The position numbers and the translations under genes were made by a program. From contig JAJYJH010000009.1 in the NCBI GenBank assembly GCA_021789695.1, positions 1,750-65,749 on the forward strand: DNA of 64,000 bases, in the 5' to 3' direction. Under the pieces are notes generated by a model, which saw nothing but the letters and a program-made list of their open reading frames with translations, searched no databases and was not told the origin of the DNA. Positions 27,764-37,401 of the stretch are shown here, piece after piece (position 1 is the stretch's first letter; every line of letters begins with the position of its first letter). This stretch comes from a bacterium. GTDB lineage: Bacteria > Elusimicrobiota > Elusimicrobia > Elusimicrobiales > UBA9959.

Positions 27764-28177
27764 TTACTTAGCGGAGGTCTCCCCGGCGGCAGGCGCCGGG
27801 ACGGGAGCGGGGGCCTCCTGCGGGGTTTCCGCCGGATCAGCCTTCTCCACTTCCTCTAGTCTGGCGGCCTTGCCGGCCAGCGCTCGGATATAATAAAGTT
27901 TGGCGCGACGGACCTTGCCGCTCTTGACGACCTCAATCTTGTCTATGCGGGGGGAGTGCAGCGGGAAGACCCGCTCGACGCCCACGCCGTAGGAGATCTT
28001 GCGTACGGTGAAGCTCTCGGAGATGCCGCTTCCGCGGCGGGCGATTACGACGCCGTCGAAGATCTGGATGCGCTCGCTGTCGCCTTCCACAACCTTGGTG
28101 TGCACTTTCACGGTGTCGCCGGGCTGAAAATCGAATTTCTCGTTCTTGATGCCCAGGTATTTAGCGATGTCTTTCAT
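27764..28177 (-). CDS. rplS: 50S ribosomal protein L19
   Basis: [28 protein letters not shown]; GGAGG RBS before ATG 28177. Confidence 0.98.
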   Translation of the reverse strand: MKDIAKYLGIKNEKFDFQPGDTVKVHTKVVEGDSERIQIFDGVVIARRGSGISESFTVRKISYGVGVERVFPLHSPRIDKIEVVKSGKVRRAKLYYIRALAGKAARLEEVEKADPAETPQEAPAPVPAPAAGETSAK

Positions 28178-28204
28178 ACTGCCTCCTAGTTGGTTGAACA
28201 AAAT

Positions 28205-28912
28205 TCATTTTTTTACGGCTTTAGCGCGGCGGACAGGCGTTCTCTTCCCACGGGCCAGCTCGGGTCTGGTTTTGCCTGTCAGCGCCTCGGACTGCGCTCT
28301 ACGCCATCCGGCTATCAGACCGTGGTTGCCGCTGAGCAGTTCCGCCGGCACCTTCTTGCCGCGCCAGACGGCCGGCCGCGTGTAGTGCGGCGCCTCCATC
28401 AGGCCCTCGGTGAACGTCTCGTTGACCGTGGCATCCTCCTTGCGGAGTACGCCCGGGATCAACCGCGTCATGGCGTCTATCACGGTCACCGCGGCGGGCT
28501 CGCCGCCGGTCAGCACATAATCGCCTATAGAGAGTTCCAAGTCGGCCAGCGGGGTTATCCGCTCGTCGATGCCCTCGTAGTGCCCGCAGATAAAGACCAG
28601 GTGCTTTTTCTTCGCCAGCGTCCGCGCAAGCTTTTGGTCGAAGCGGCGCCCTTTCGGAGTCAGGAGGATCACGTAAGAGTCCTTCTTCCTGACCTTCTTG
28701 AGCGCCCTATACACCGGCTCGGCCATCATGACCATGCCGGTGCCGCCTCCGTAGGGCTTGTCGTCCACGGTGCGGCGGCGGTCCTCCGTGAAATCCCTCG
28801 GGTTGGAGAAGCCCAGCTCGAGGAACCCTTCCTGCCTGGCGCGGCCCACTATGCTCTCCGAGAGCGGGACGTCTATCATCCCCGGGAACAGCGTGACCGC
28901 GTCAACGCGCAT
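28205..28912 (-). CDS. trmD: tRNA (guanine37-N1)-methyltransferase
   Basis: VDDKPYGGG, CGHYEGIDER, SIGDYVLTGGE, PHYTRP. Confidence 0.98.
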   Translation of the reverse strand: MRVDAVTLFPGMIDVPLSESIVGRARQEGFLELGFSNPRDFTEDRRRTVDDKPYGGGTGMVMMAEPVYRALKKVRKKDSYVILLTPKGRRFDQKLARTLAKKKHLVFICGHYEGIDERITPLADLELSIGDYVLTGGEPAAVTVIDAMTRLIPGVLRKEDATVNETFTEGLMEAPHYTRPAVWRGKKVPAELLSGNHGLIAGWRRAQSEALTGKTRPELARGKRTPVRRAKAVKK

Positions 28913-28915
28913 CCG

Positions 28916-29143
28916 TTAATCTATGTCCAGGTAGACTTTCTTGTTCTGCCTGGCGGCGGCGGTCTGCAGCACGGTGCGGATAGCCTTCACCACACGCCCT
29001 TCCTTGCCGATGACCTTGCCGCGGTCGGAGGAGGCCAGCGTCAACTTAAAACGGGTGACGTCGCCGTCCTCGTTCACGCCCACCTTGACCTCCTGCGGCT
29101 TCTCCACGAGGGAGCCCACGATGTACATGAGTACGTCTTTCAT
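28916..29143 (-). CDS. khpA: KH-domain RNA-binding protein (KhpA/YlqC)
   Basis: DRGKVIGKEGR, 75 aa, directly downstream of rpsP. Confidence 0.9.
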   Translation of the reverse strand: MKDVLMYIVGSLVEKPQEVKVGVNEDGDVTRFKLTLASSDRGKVIGKEGRVVKAIRTVLQTAAARQNKKVYLDID

Positions 29144-29155
29144 CGCGGCCTCCGC

Positions 29156-29425
29156 CTACTTCTGCACCGCGGCCTTCTCGGCCTTGCGGGCACGGGCGAT
29201 GAGGGAGCCCACGGTCTCGGACGGTTTGGCGCCGTTCTTGACCCAGCGGTCCACCTTCTCGCCGTTGAGTGTGACCTTATCGCCGGTCTTGGCGGCCTTG
29301 GGGTTGTAATGTCCCAGCACCTCTAGCGGCTCGCCGTGCGGGCCGCTGGACTTCTCTATAGCCACGATACGATAATGCGGCTGGGTGCGCTTGCCTATCC
29401 TCTGAAGCCTCAGAACAACTGCCAT
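29156..29425 (-). CDS. rpsP: 30S ribosomal protein S16
   Basis: MAVVLRLQRIG, PHYRIVA, LGHYNP, GAKPSETV; AAGGAGG RBS. Confidence 0.97.
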   Translation of the reverse strand: MAVVLRLQRIGKRTQPHYRIVAIEKSSGPHGEPLEVLGHYNPKAAKTGDKVTLNGEKVDRWVKNGAKPSETVGSLIARARKAEKAAVQK

Positions 29426-29586
29426 GTTTTCCTCCTTGAATACCGACGCGCCATGACGCGATTTGCGGCGTCCCCGGCCTCGTGCGGCTAAAAAAATCCA
29501 TACGCGGCCCCGCCTCACCCGAGGGTCTGCGCGAACTGTTATTATATTATATTCCGCGGGACTTTGGGAACAAGATAACGCGGCCG

Positions 29587-29952
29587 TCAGCCGATGAGGG
29601 CCTTAATGTGCGCCTGGAGGCGGGACCATTCGTAGGGCTTGTTCACGTACAGGTCCGCCCCGGAGGCGAAGGACCTTTCCATCTCGCCCATAAGGCGGTG
29701 GCCGGTCAGCATGATGACCTTTATCCGCTTGGTATCAGCCCCGGTCTTTATCAGTTCGCAGAGGGTATTGCCGTCCAGCTTGGGCAGGCCTATGTCCAGT
29801 ATCACCAGGTCAGGCCTCTCCTTCTTGATTTTGTCCAGGCCCTCCTCACCGTCCAGAGCGGTAGAAACCTTGTAACCCATGCCTTCGAGACGTATCGAAA
29901 GCACCTTGCCGATGAGGGGCTCGTCCTCTACGATAAGTATCTTCTTAGCCAT
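29587..29952 (-). CDS. Stand-alone response-regulator receiver protein
   Basis: ILIVEDE, VILDIGLP, IMLTG, NKP; no output domain. Confidence 0.9.
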   Translation of the reverse strand: MAKKILIVEDEPLIGKVLSIRLEGMGYKVSTALDGEEGLDKIKKERPDLVILDIGLPKLDGNTLCELIKTGADTKRIKVIMLTGHRLMGEMERSFASGADLYVNKPYEWSRLQAHIKALIG

Positions 29953-30628
29953 AAGGCCAGACCCCTTTGAGACGCCGCAGGAAGGCCGCCGGGTCCTTGG
30001 AGGAAAAAAGCGCGCTTCCTATGACGAAGGAATCTGCGCCCGCCGCGCCGGCCTCTACGGCGGTGACGGCGTTTATGCCTCCGTCCACCTGCAGCCAGAC
30101 CGGCCGGCCGGAAACCGCAATGGCCTCCCTGAGCGCCCTGACCTTTGGCATCATCTTCGGCATGAAGGCTTGGCCGCCGAAGCCCGGCTCAACCGTCATC
30201 ACCAGCACCATATCGAGGAGCTTCAGATAAGGCAACACGCGCCCGGCGGAGGTCTTCGGACGCAGCGCTAGTCCGGCAGTGAGCCCGAGAGCCTTTATCC
30301 TTCGGACTGCGGCGGCGGCGTGCGCCGCCTCGGCGTGCACGGTTATGTGCGAGGCCCCGGCCTTGGCGAAAGCGTCCACGAAACGGAGCGGTTCCTCCAC
30401 CATCAGGTGGACGTCCACCGGAAGGCCGCAGGCGCGGGCCACTCCCGGCACCAGGCCCGGGCCGAAACTAAGGTTAGGCACGAAATGGCCGTCCATCACG
30501 TCCACCTGCACCCAGTCTGACAGCCTCTTTACCGGCGCCAGACTTTTACTAAGGCAGAAAAAATCGGCGGAAAGCACGGAGGGAACGAGGGCCGGCAGGC
30601 CGGAAGGTTTCGGGAGCGGCGGTCTCAT
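29945..30628 (-). CDS. rpe: Ribulose-phosphate 3-epimerase
   Basis: PSVLSADF, DVMDGHFVPN, VMTVEPGFGGQ, VDGGIN. Confidence 0.96.
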   Translation of the reverse strand: MRPPLPKPSGLPALVPSVLSADFFCLSKSLAPVKRLSDWVQVDVMDGHFVPNLSFGPGLVPGVARACGLPVDVHLMVEEPLRFVDAFAKAGASHITVHAEAAHAAAAVRRIKALGLTAGLALRPKTSAGRVLPYLKLLDMVLVMTVEPGFGGQAFMPKMMPKVRALREAIAVSGRPVWLQVDGGINAVTAVEAGAAGADSFVIGSALFSSKDPAAFLRRLKGVWPYG

Positions 30629-31635
30629 TTCACCGAACGCTCCTCGACAAGGATCCCGTTGACGAAGATGCGGATCTTCTGCGCGCCCTCGTAGGGGACC
30701 GTGAGGTCTATCTTGGAGCCGGGGTCGCGCAGACCGTTGAAAATCTCGCGTTCCCCGTTCTTGCCCAACGCCACGACGCGGATATGCCGCTGGGAGCCGC
30801 TCTGAGAGACCTCGTAGTGGACGCGGAACTCCTTGCCAGGGGCGCCTTCCCCTTTGCGCACGCTAACGGTTAACGTCACCTTGGAACCGGGCTGGACCAC
30901 GGTGTCCGGCTGCGGGTCCTGCTCTATGATCGTGCCGCCCGGGAAAAGCGAGCCAGAATCCTCGACGATGTCCATCTGGACGTTATTCTGCGCGGCCCAC
31001 TGCTGGGCCTCGTCGCTCTTTTTCTGGCGGAAGTCGGGCATCATCACGATGCCGGCAGGAGGAAGCCCGGCGGAGACTACCACCTGAACCATCGTGTTCT
31101 TGGAAACGCTAGTCTCAGATTTCGGGTCTTGGGAAAGGACGGTGCCCTTGTCGGCCTTGAGCGAATAGGACTCGCTAACCTCGCCCAGCACTAACTGGCG
31201 CTGGCGCAGCAGCAGCTCCGCGTTGCGCAGCGGCAGGCCTATCAGGTTCGGAGTATAGACGGACTCACCGCCGCGGCTGAAGATTACGCGCACGATTTTG
31301 CCTTCGCGCACGGTGGTGCCGGCGGCCGGGGCCTGGCGCAGCACAGTGCCTATCGGGACCTTGTCGTTGAACTCCTGCCCCTCTATCTCCATGGCAAGGT
31401 TCTGGTCCGAAAGCGACTGGAGGGCGTTCATAGAGGAGCGGCCCATGATATCCGGCACGATCACTTCCTTGCGGCTGTGGACCACGGTCGCGATGGTCCA
31501 GGAGAACAGGAAATAGGTGAGCAGGAAAAGGGCCAGACCAACCGCGGCCAGGCGCAGAAAAAAGCCAAGGCTAAGTATCCGCTCGTCGGAACCGGAAAAA
31601 TGCTTCTGCCAGAATTCTTTAAAGTTGGACGCCAC
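30625..31635 (-). CDS. Membrane-anchored PASTA-repeat protein without kinase domain
   Basis: One N-terminal TM, three repeats (VPDIMG, TPNLIG, MPDFRQ; each with Q.P..GT.V), small C-terminal beta domain. Confidence 0.88.
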   Translation of the reverse strand: MASNFKEFWQKHFSGSDERILSLGFFLRLAAVGLALFLLTYFLFSWTIATVVHSRKEVIVPDIMGRSSMNALQSLSDQNLAMEIEGQEFNDKVPIGTVLRQAPAAGTTVREGKIVRVIFSRGGESVYTPNLIGLPLRNAELLLRQRQLVLGEVSESYSLKADKGTVLSQDPKSETSVSKNTMVQVVVSAGLPPAGIVMMPDFRQKKSDEAQQWAAQNNVQMDIVEDSGSLFPGGTIIEQDPQPDTVVQPGSKVTLTVSVRKGEGAPGKEFRVHYEVSQSGSQRHIRVVALGKNGEREIFNGLRDPGSKIDLTVPYEGAQKIRIFVNGILVEERSVK

Positions 31636-31665
31636 TATAGTTCTCCTTGAATATTTCCGCCAGGC

Positions 31666-32613
31666 TCAATCGAGAAGCCCGCCAGTACGCAGGCGCAGGC
31701 CGTTCAGGAAATCGGCCGCCGGCATGGCCTTCTTGCCTTCTGGCTTCAACGTCCGCAAAAGCAGTCCCCCGACGCCACATTTTACAACAAAGCTGCCTCC
31801 GCTCTCAACGGAGAGGACCGTGCCGGGAGCGGCGTCCGCCACCGCGCCCGACGGCAGCGCCGCAGAAAGCACCTGCACCGCGGTCCGCCGGCCGCCCGGA
31901 GAGACGAAGAACCTGGCGACAGGGCCGCAGGCCAAGCCGCGGACCAGTCCTAGCAGCGCCGGCGCGGGCCTGGAGAAATCCAGCACCGAGTCCGCCTGCG
32001 TCAGCTTGGGGGCCAGGGAGGGGGGGCCGGTCTGCGGCTCCCGCGCCAGCTCGCCGGCGGCTACCTTTCGCAAGCCTTCGGCCAACAGGTCCGAGCCGGC
32101 CGCGGAGAGACGGGTAAAAAGCGAAAGTGCGTCGTCGTCGGCGCGCACCGGTTCCTCGCGGCGCAGGAAAACGGGACCGGTGTCCATGCCCTTGTCCAGC
32201 CAGAAGAGCGTGACGCCGGTGACGGCCTCGCCGTTGATCAAAGCCCACTGCACCGGCGCGGCGCCGCGGTACTTGGGGAGCAGGGAAAAATGCACGTTCA
32301 GGAATCCGATACGCGCCAGGGCCAGCGTCTCCTCCGGGATAAGGCGGCCGTAGGCCACCACCACGCAGAGGTCGGGGGCCAGCGCCGAAATCGTTTCGTG
32401 CAGCTCCTTTCTGGAGGCCGGCTTGTATACGCCTATCTTAAGTTCGCCGGCGAGGGCGGCGGCCGGCGAGCAGCAGAGCTTCAGACCCCTCCCCACCGGC
32501 CTGTCAGGCTGGGTAACGGCGCCCACGACCTCGTGCCCGGACGCGGCTACGCGGCTCAGGAAGCCGCAGGCTATGTCCGGGGTGCCGAGAAAAACGATGC
32601 GGAGTTTCGGCAT
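31666..32613 (-). CDS. fmt: Methionyl-tRNA formyltransferase
   Basis: IVFLGTP, VTQPDRPVGRG, NVHFSLLPKYRGAAP; ATG 32613. Confidence 0.97.
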   Translation of the reverse strand: MPKLRIVFLGTPDIACGFLSRVAASGHEVVGAVTQPDRPVGRGLKLCCSPAAALAGELKIGVYKPASRKELHETISALAPDLCVVVAYGRLIPEETLALARIGFLNVHFSLLPKYRGAAPVQWALINGEAVTGVTLFWLDKGMDTGPVFLRREEPVRADDDALSLFTRLSAAGSDLLAEGLRKVAAGELAREPQTGPPSLAPKLTQADSVLDFSRPAPALLGLVRGLACGPVARFFVSPGGRRTAVQVLSAALPSGAVADAAPGTVLSVESGGSFVVKCGVGGLLLRTLKPEGKKAMPAADFLNGLRLRTGGLLD

Positions 32614-32639
32614 ATGGCGGGGGCGGGCCTGGGGGGGCC

Positions 32640-33185
32640 TCACATCGGCTTCATCTTGCTCTCGTCCAACTTCTTCCAGCGGGCCTTAAGTTTGACCAGG
32701 GTGGGTTTAAGCTTGATGCGGGACATCAGCTGGAGACGGTCTATGAAGACGATGCCGTCAAGGTGGTCCATCTCGTGCTGCAGGGCCTTGGCGAAGAGCC
32801 CCTCGGCGTTTATCTCAATCGGCAGCCCCTTTTCGTTAAGGGCGCGCACCTTGACCTTGGCTGCCCGGCGGACTTTGGCGAAGAGGCCCGGGAAGGACAG
32901 GCAGCCCTCCTCTTCGTAAAGGGAGCCGGACTTTTCCACTATCTCCGGGTTTATTATGACGATGCTGACGGGTTCGGCCCCTTCGCGCTTTATCTTTACT
33001 GCGGCCAGACGCAGGTCTAGGCCGATCTGGTTGGCGGCCAGGCCGATGCCGCCCACAGCGTCCATCGTCTCGAACATGTCGGCCAGCAGCGCGGGCAGAT
33101 CCTTTTTCAGCTCGTCGAAACTGACCTTCCTGGTCTTCCTGTGCAGTATTTTCTCGCCGTACTTGCAGATCCTTCTTATCGCCAT
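32640..33185 (-). CDS. def: Peptide deformylase
   Basis: GIGLAANQIG, EEGCLS, QHEMDHLDG. Confidence 0.98.
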   Translation of the reverse strand: MAIRRICKYGEKILHRKTRKVSFDELKKDLPALLADMFETMDAVGGIGLAANQIGLDLRLAAVKIKREGAEPVSIVIINPEIVEKSGSLYEEEGCLSFPGLFAKVRRAAKVKVRALNEKGLPIEINAEGLFAKALQHEMDHLDGIVFIDRLQLMSRIKLKPTLVKLKARWKKLDESKMKPM

Positions 33186-33198
33186 AGTGTCCCCTCGC

Positions 33199-35205
33199 TT
33201 AAGAAAGCTGATACGTCATCTGGCGGCCCTCCCAGACCACCCTGGCCAGCAGCGGCTTGGCCGGCGCTCCAGGCTTCTTCAGCATACCCCAGGCCATCGC
33301 CAGCCGCTCCAGCTGCACCTCGGCCCCGGTGGACCCGGAAACGCCCATCACTATCTCGTCGGCGCCGGCGGCCTGCGCCACCTGCGCCATCGAATAGAAC
33401 GGATCGTTGGAGAAGACGAAGATGGGCTTGACGGTCTTGCCGTACTTTTCGGCCATCAGCACTATAGGGCCGAAGAGGTCCTGGTCCTCCTCCGTAATCG
33501 TGCCCTGGTCGCCCTCGAGATGGGCGCCTTTGGCGATCTTGGCCGACAGCACTATAATATCGGTGGTGTCGTCGTCGGCGGTCTCCAACACGCTTTTAAG
33601 GTGTACAAGATTATTCGGATTGCGCACCGGCACCAAGATCTTTTTCGGCTTGCTCAGCTCCGGCAGGATCGTGGTGATATCGTCCTCCTTCCTGAGATTG
33701 AGCATCTCATCCGAATCCTCAGACTCGGCGTAAAGCTTCGCCTTCTTCCGGTTCATGTTCTCGGAGATCTGGAAGATGGCGTAGAAGACGGCGGTAAACG
33801 CTAGACCGGAGATCGTGGCGATACGTTTCGTAAAAAGATTGATGGCGCTCGCTGACAGCAGGATCAGAAAGACTACTATCATCCCGGCCGGGAAATAGAC
33901 CTTATCCAGTTTGATGTTGAGCGGGAACATCCATCCCCGCGGCAGCTCTTCATTGAAACGCAGGATTATCAGCGACAGCGTCTTGAAGACAAGACTCCAC
34001 ATGACGCCGAACGCGTAAGCTTCGCCAATAAGGTAGATGTTGCCGCGCGACAAAATTATCACCGCAATCTGGCTTATCGCCACCATATTGATCATCCGGT
34101 AAGTGGTCCCGTACTTCTTGTGAAGATGGCGGAACCAGTCGTGCAGGATGCCGTCCTCGGCCACGCGGTTCAGCACTCCATTGGAGCCCACCAGGGCCGT
34201 GTTGACAGCCCCTACCAGCATAAGGCTGCCGGAAACAACGACGAAGAACTGCAGCACGAGGCGGGCCCAGAACGGCCCGTTCAGTTCCAGCGCCAGGCCG
34301 GAGAGCAGGTTGTCAGCGTATTTCCCGCCGACCATAGCCGGCGGGATTATGGAGGAGGCCAGGAAGGTCAGCCCTCCGGTAAAGAGCAGGCTGAAGATAA
34401 AAATGAGCATGGCCGCCTTCTTCAGGTTCTTTATCTTCGGGTCCTCTATCTCTCGATAGACCTGCGCCAGCGTTTCCAGGCCGGACAACGCCAGTATCGA
34501 GTGCCCGAAGGCCATAAGTATACCGACTATGGCTATGGAACGCAGCCACGGGAAATTTACCATCCAGCCCATAGACTCTTTGGTAAAAGCGAGTTTGAAG
34601 GGCGGAACGTTGAAGCCTCGCTGCCACACCGTCAACAGTGACCAGCCCATCAGCACCGCTCCCACGACGCTGACGAAGACCATGATCTTAAAGTTCTTGT
34701 CGCTGGACTCCTCCACCCCCTTGATGTTCTCGCGCCAGAAATAGGCCGTAACCAGCACGGCGAAGAAAACCGCGAAGACATTAGGCGGCACATGCCAGCC
34801 GATGTGGAGGAGCGGCAGCACATTGTACAGCAGGCCTGAGACATAGAGCCCGGCACTAACGGCGCTGATGGGCCCCGTCACCATGTAGTCAAAGATGAGC
34901 GCCGAAACCGAAATCTTGGCCATGGAATGGCCCATCGCCTCGTTAACGACCTTGTAGACGCCACCGCGCACGAACATAGCGCATGACTCCACGTAGACCA
35001 TTATCATCAGCCCGGCGAACAGCATGACCGCCATCACGTACCAGGGAAAAGCGGGGCCGAAGGCGTTCATCGCTATGCCGCCGGCGTAGTAGGCGCTCGA
35101 ACCGAGGTCGCATAGCACGACGGCGGCCGCCTTCCAGAAAGAGATAAAACTGAGCATGGCCGTGCTCAGGACGAACACCTGCTTGAAACGAGGAGAAGGG
35201 GCCAT
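33199..35205 (-). CDS. APC-family permease with C-terminal USP-like domain (KimA/YdaO-like)
   Basis: DLGSSAYYAGG and ALSGLETLAQ broken-helix motifs; about 12 TMs; cytoplasmic ILVPV...ADEIVMG domain. Confidence 0.8.
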   Translation of the reverse strand: MAPSPRFKQVFVLSTAMLSFISFWKAAAVVLCDLGSSAYYAGGIAMNAFGPAFPWYVMAVMLFAGLMIMVYVESCAMFVRGGVYKVVNEAMGHSMAKISVSALIFDYMVTGPISAVSAGLYVSGLLYNVLPLLHIGWHVPPNVFAVFFAVLVTAYFWRENIKGVEESSDKNFKIMVFVSVVGAVLMGWSLLTVWQRGFNVPPFKLAFTKESMGWMVNFPWLRSIAIVGILMAFGHSILALSGLETLAQVYREIEDPKIKNLKKAAMLIFIFSLLFTGGLTFLASSIIPPAMVGGKYADNLLSGLALELNGPFWARLVLQFFVVVSGSLMLVGAVNTALVGSNGVLNRVAEDGILHDWFRHLHKKYGTTYRMINMVAISQIAVIILSRGNIYLIGEAYAFGVMWSLVFKTLSLIILRFNEELPRGWMFPLNIKLDKVYFPAGMIVVFLILLSASAINLFTKRIATISGLAFTAVFYAIFQISENMNRKKAKLYAESEDSDEMLNLRKEDDITTILPELSKPKKILVPVRNPNNLVHLKSVLETADDDTTDIIVLSAKIAKGAHLEGDQGTITEEDQDLFGPIVLMAEKYGKTVKPIFVFSNDPFYSMAQVAQAAGADEIVMGVSGSTGAEVQLERLAMAWGMLKKPGAPAKPLLARVVWEGRQMTYQLS

Positions 35206-35266
35206 TTCAGTAGACTATTATATTATATTAAGGACGTCGGAAGGAACAGGCAGGCGCGGAAGGGGG

Positions 35267-35737
35267 TCAACGACCCGTTATTATCGCCGCCGCCGCGGAG
35301 GAGTCCCTGAGAGAGGCCAGTTTTTCTATGAGTTCTGGCTGAAAGGTCTGGCTGAGCAGTGAAAGCATGTTGAGGTGGCGCTGGAAGAAAGCGGGCTTGT
35401 GAGGGGAAAGCAGCAGTAGGGCGGCCTTCACCCTGAGGCCCGAGGCCGGGTCGGTGAAGCCTTCCTGCATTATCCCTAGCACGGCGAAGAAACCGTCCAG
35501 TTCCGGGAACTTGGCGTGCGGTATATAAAACCCGCTCTCCAGGACCTGATTGAGTTTCTCCACCTCTGAGATGCGGTCCAGAAGCGCCTTGCGGCTTATG
35601 ACCCCGTCCACCTGCGGCAGGATGCGTTCCGCCAGCCGGCGCACGGCCTCCTCGCGGGAAGGGGTCCCGTCAAGGAAGATTATATTTTCGGGTTTTACTA
35701 TAGCCGAGAGACTGACGCCGTCTGACTGTTGTATCAT
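35267..35737 (-). CDS. PTS EIIA (Fru/Ntr-type) domain protein
   Basis: SGFYIPHAK with phosphorylatable His; HLNMLSLLS; start uncertain (35737 or 35767). Confidence 0.8.
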   Translation of the reverse strand: MIQQSDGVSLSAIVKPENIIFLDGTPSREEAVRRLAERILPQVDGVISRKALLDRISEVEKLNQVLESGFYIPHAKFPELDGFFAVLGIMQEGFTDPASGLRVKAALLLLSPHKPAFFQRHLNMLSLLSQTFQPELIEKLASLRDSSAAAAIITGR

Positions 35738-35797
35738 AGGACTGCCGGTACTTTTATATGATATCATTTCGAGGCTCCCATCGTCAAATAGACCGAA

Positions 35798-36613
35798 ATG
35801 GCTGTGGATAAAGGCAAAATAACTGCAGTGGGTGTGGACCGGGGCGGAACCTGGACGCGTGTTTCCGCTCTTGACCGCCGGCTGCGCCAGCTGCGTTACG
35901 CCAGGTTGCGCACCGTCCCGTTGCGTTCCCTGCCGAAACGGCTTATTCCGCTTCTCTTCTCCTGGCCAGGCGCCGCCGCGGCCCCGCTGGCCATAGCGAC
36001 CAGAGGGGCCTTCAGCCGCGAATGGAAGCGCCCTTTCCTTTTCAAAGCCCTGAAAGGGCGTCTGAACCTCAGGCTTGTAATCTCTGACGCCGAGGCCGCC
36101 CATTACGCGGCCTTCCGCGGCGGCTCAGGAATACTGCTGATAGCCGGTACCGGCGCCGTGGCCTTCGGCGGGAAGCCCGGGGGCTTCAGGAAGATTGGAG
36201 GGCACAACCCGCCCTCGGGGGACCCCGGCTCGGGGCGCTGGCTGGGAAGGAACTACCTGAAGATGCGCGGCCGGCTGGGGGAAGCGGCGCGCATGGGGCA
36301 CGGACGCTGTGCAGCCTGCGCCAAACCGCTGCTGGCCCTGGCCAGGCGAGGCCACGAGGCCTCCGCCGCCATGGAGCGAAAGGCGCTGCGGGAGCTCGCA
36401 ACCCTGCTGAAGGAGGCGGCTCCTGTTAAAGGCGGCGTCAGGATAGCCCTCGCAGGCGGACTAATGAAGGACGTGGCCTTCAGGCGGGGCCTGAAGCGGG
36501 AAACGCGCCTGGCGCTGAAGGGGCGCGAAGTTAGCTTTCTGCGGCCGGGGCTGCCGGCGGAACAGGCGGCCGCCCGCATGGCAATTGCGGCCGCGAAAAA
36601 GGGGAAGGCGTGA
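35798..36613 (+). CDS. BadF/BadG-type ATPase, N-acetylhexosamine-kinase-like
   Basis: VDRGGTWT, ISDAEAA, LIAGTGA, GDPGSG.WLG, LAGGL. Confidence 0.75.
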   Translation: MAVDKGKITAVGVDRGGTWTRVSALDRRLRQLRYARLRTVPLRSLPKRLIPLLFSWPGAAAAPLAIATRGAFSREWKRPFLFKALKGRLNLRLVISDAEAAHYAAFRGGSGILLIAGTGAVAFGGKPGGFRKIGGHNPPSGDPGSGRWLGRNYLKMRGRLGEAARMGHGRCAACAKPLLALARRGHEASAAMERKALRELATLLKEAAPVKGGVRIALAGGLMKDVAFRRGLKRETRLALKGREVSFLRPGLPAEQAAARMAIAAAKKGKA

Positions 36614-37401
36614 AGGAATTTTCTGTTCTTAAAGAGGCCGCTCTGGAGGGCGGGAAGGTACTGGCCGCCAAGTTCGGCAAGGTCGGCTACAGGCTTAAAG
36701 GCAGGGCCAACCTGCTGACGGAAGCGGACCTCGCCTCGCAAAAAGCGGTGATTGCCGTCATAAGGCGCGCCTTCCCGGAGGACGGGTTCATGGCCGAAGA
36801 AAGCCCCGTAGAGAACTCCCCAAACGGCAGGCTTTGGATAATAGACCCGCTGGACGGCACAACCAATTACGCGCACTCGTTCCCCGCGGCGGCCGTCTCC
36901 GTAGCCTTCGCCGAACACGGCTCCGTCAGGTTCGGAGCGGTGTACGACCCGTTCCGCCGGGAGTTCTTCACAGCTCAAGAGGGAAAAGGAGCCTTCCTCA
37001 ACGGCAGGCGCCTGAAGGTCTCCGGAGTGCCGTCCCTTTCCAAGGCACTGCTGGTGACCGGCTTCGCCTACGACAGGGCGGAAAAGGCGGAGTTCTACTG
37101 CGGCTTTTTCGTCGAGTTCATGAAGCTGTCCCACGACGTGCGGCGCATGGGCGCCGCTTCGCTCGACTTCTGCTGGCTGGCCGCCGGCCGCACGGACGGC
37201 TACTGGGAGTTCGGTCTCAAGCCGTGGGACGTGGCCGCCGGAGGACTCGTAGTGCGCGAGGCCGGCGGCATGGTAACAAATTTCTCCGGGAAGCCCTGGC
37301 CCGTAGGCGAGTCGATGGGGGCGCAGACGCTCGCCACCAACGGCAGGCTGCACCCCGCCATGCTGAGGGTCATAAGACGCAGGCTCCGGCGGCAGGCATG
37401 A
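36610..37401 (+). CDS. suhB: Inositol monophosphatase family protein
   Basis: TEAD, WIIDPLDGTTNY, RRMGAASLD, WDVAAG. Confidence 0.93.
   Translation: MKEFSVLKEAALEGGKVLAAKFGKVGYRLKGRANLLTEADLASQKAVIAVIRRAFPEDGFMAEESPVENSPNGRLWIIDPLDGTTNYAHSFPAAAVSVAFAEHGSVRFGAVYDPFRREFFTAQEGKGAFLNGRRLKVSGVPSLSKALLVTGFAYDRAEKAEFYCGFFVEFMKLSHDVRRMGAASLDFCWLAAGRTDGYWEFGLKPWDVAAGGLVVREAGGMVTNFSGKPWPVGESMGAQTLATNGRLHPAMLRVIRRRLRRQA

Noticed and set aside
29426-29586. Possible structured ncRNA (SRP RNA or ribosomal leader) upstream of rpsP; also checked 35206-35266
   Set aside because: No SRP domain IV motif or other recognisable family signature; only promoter-like AT patches.
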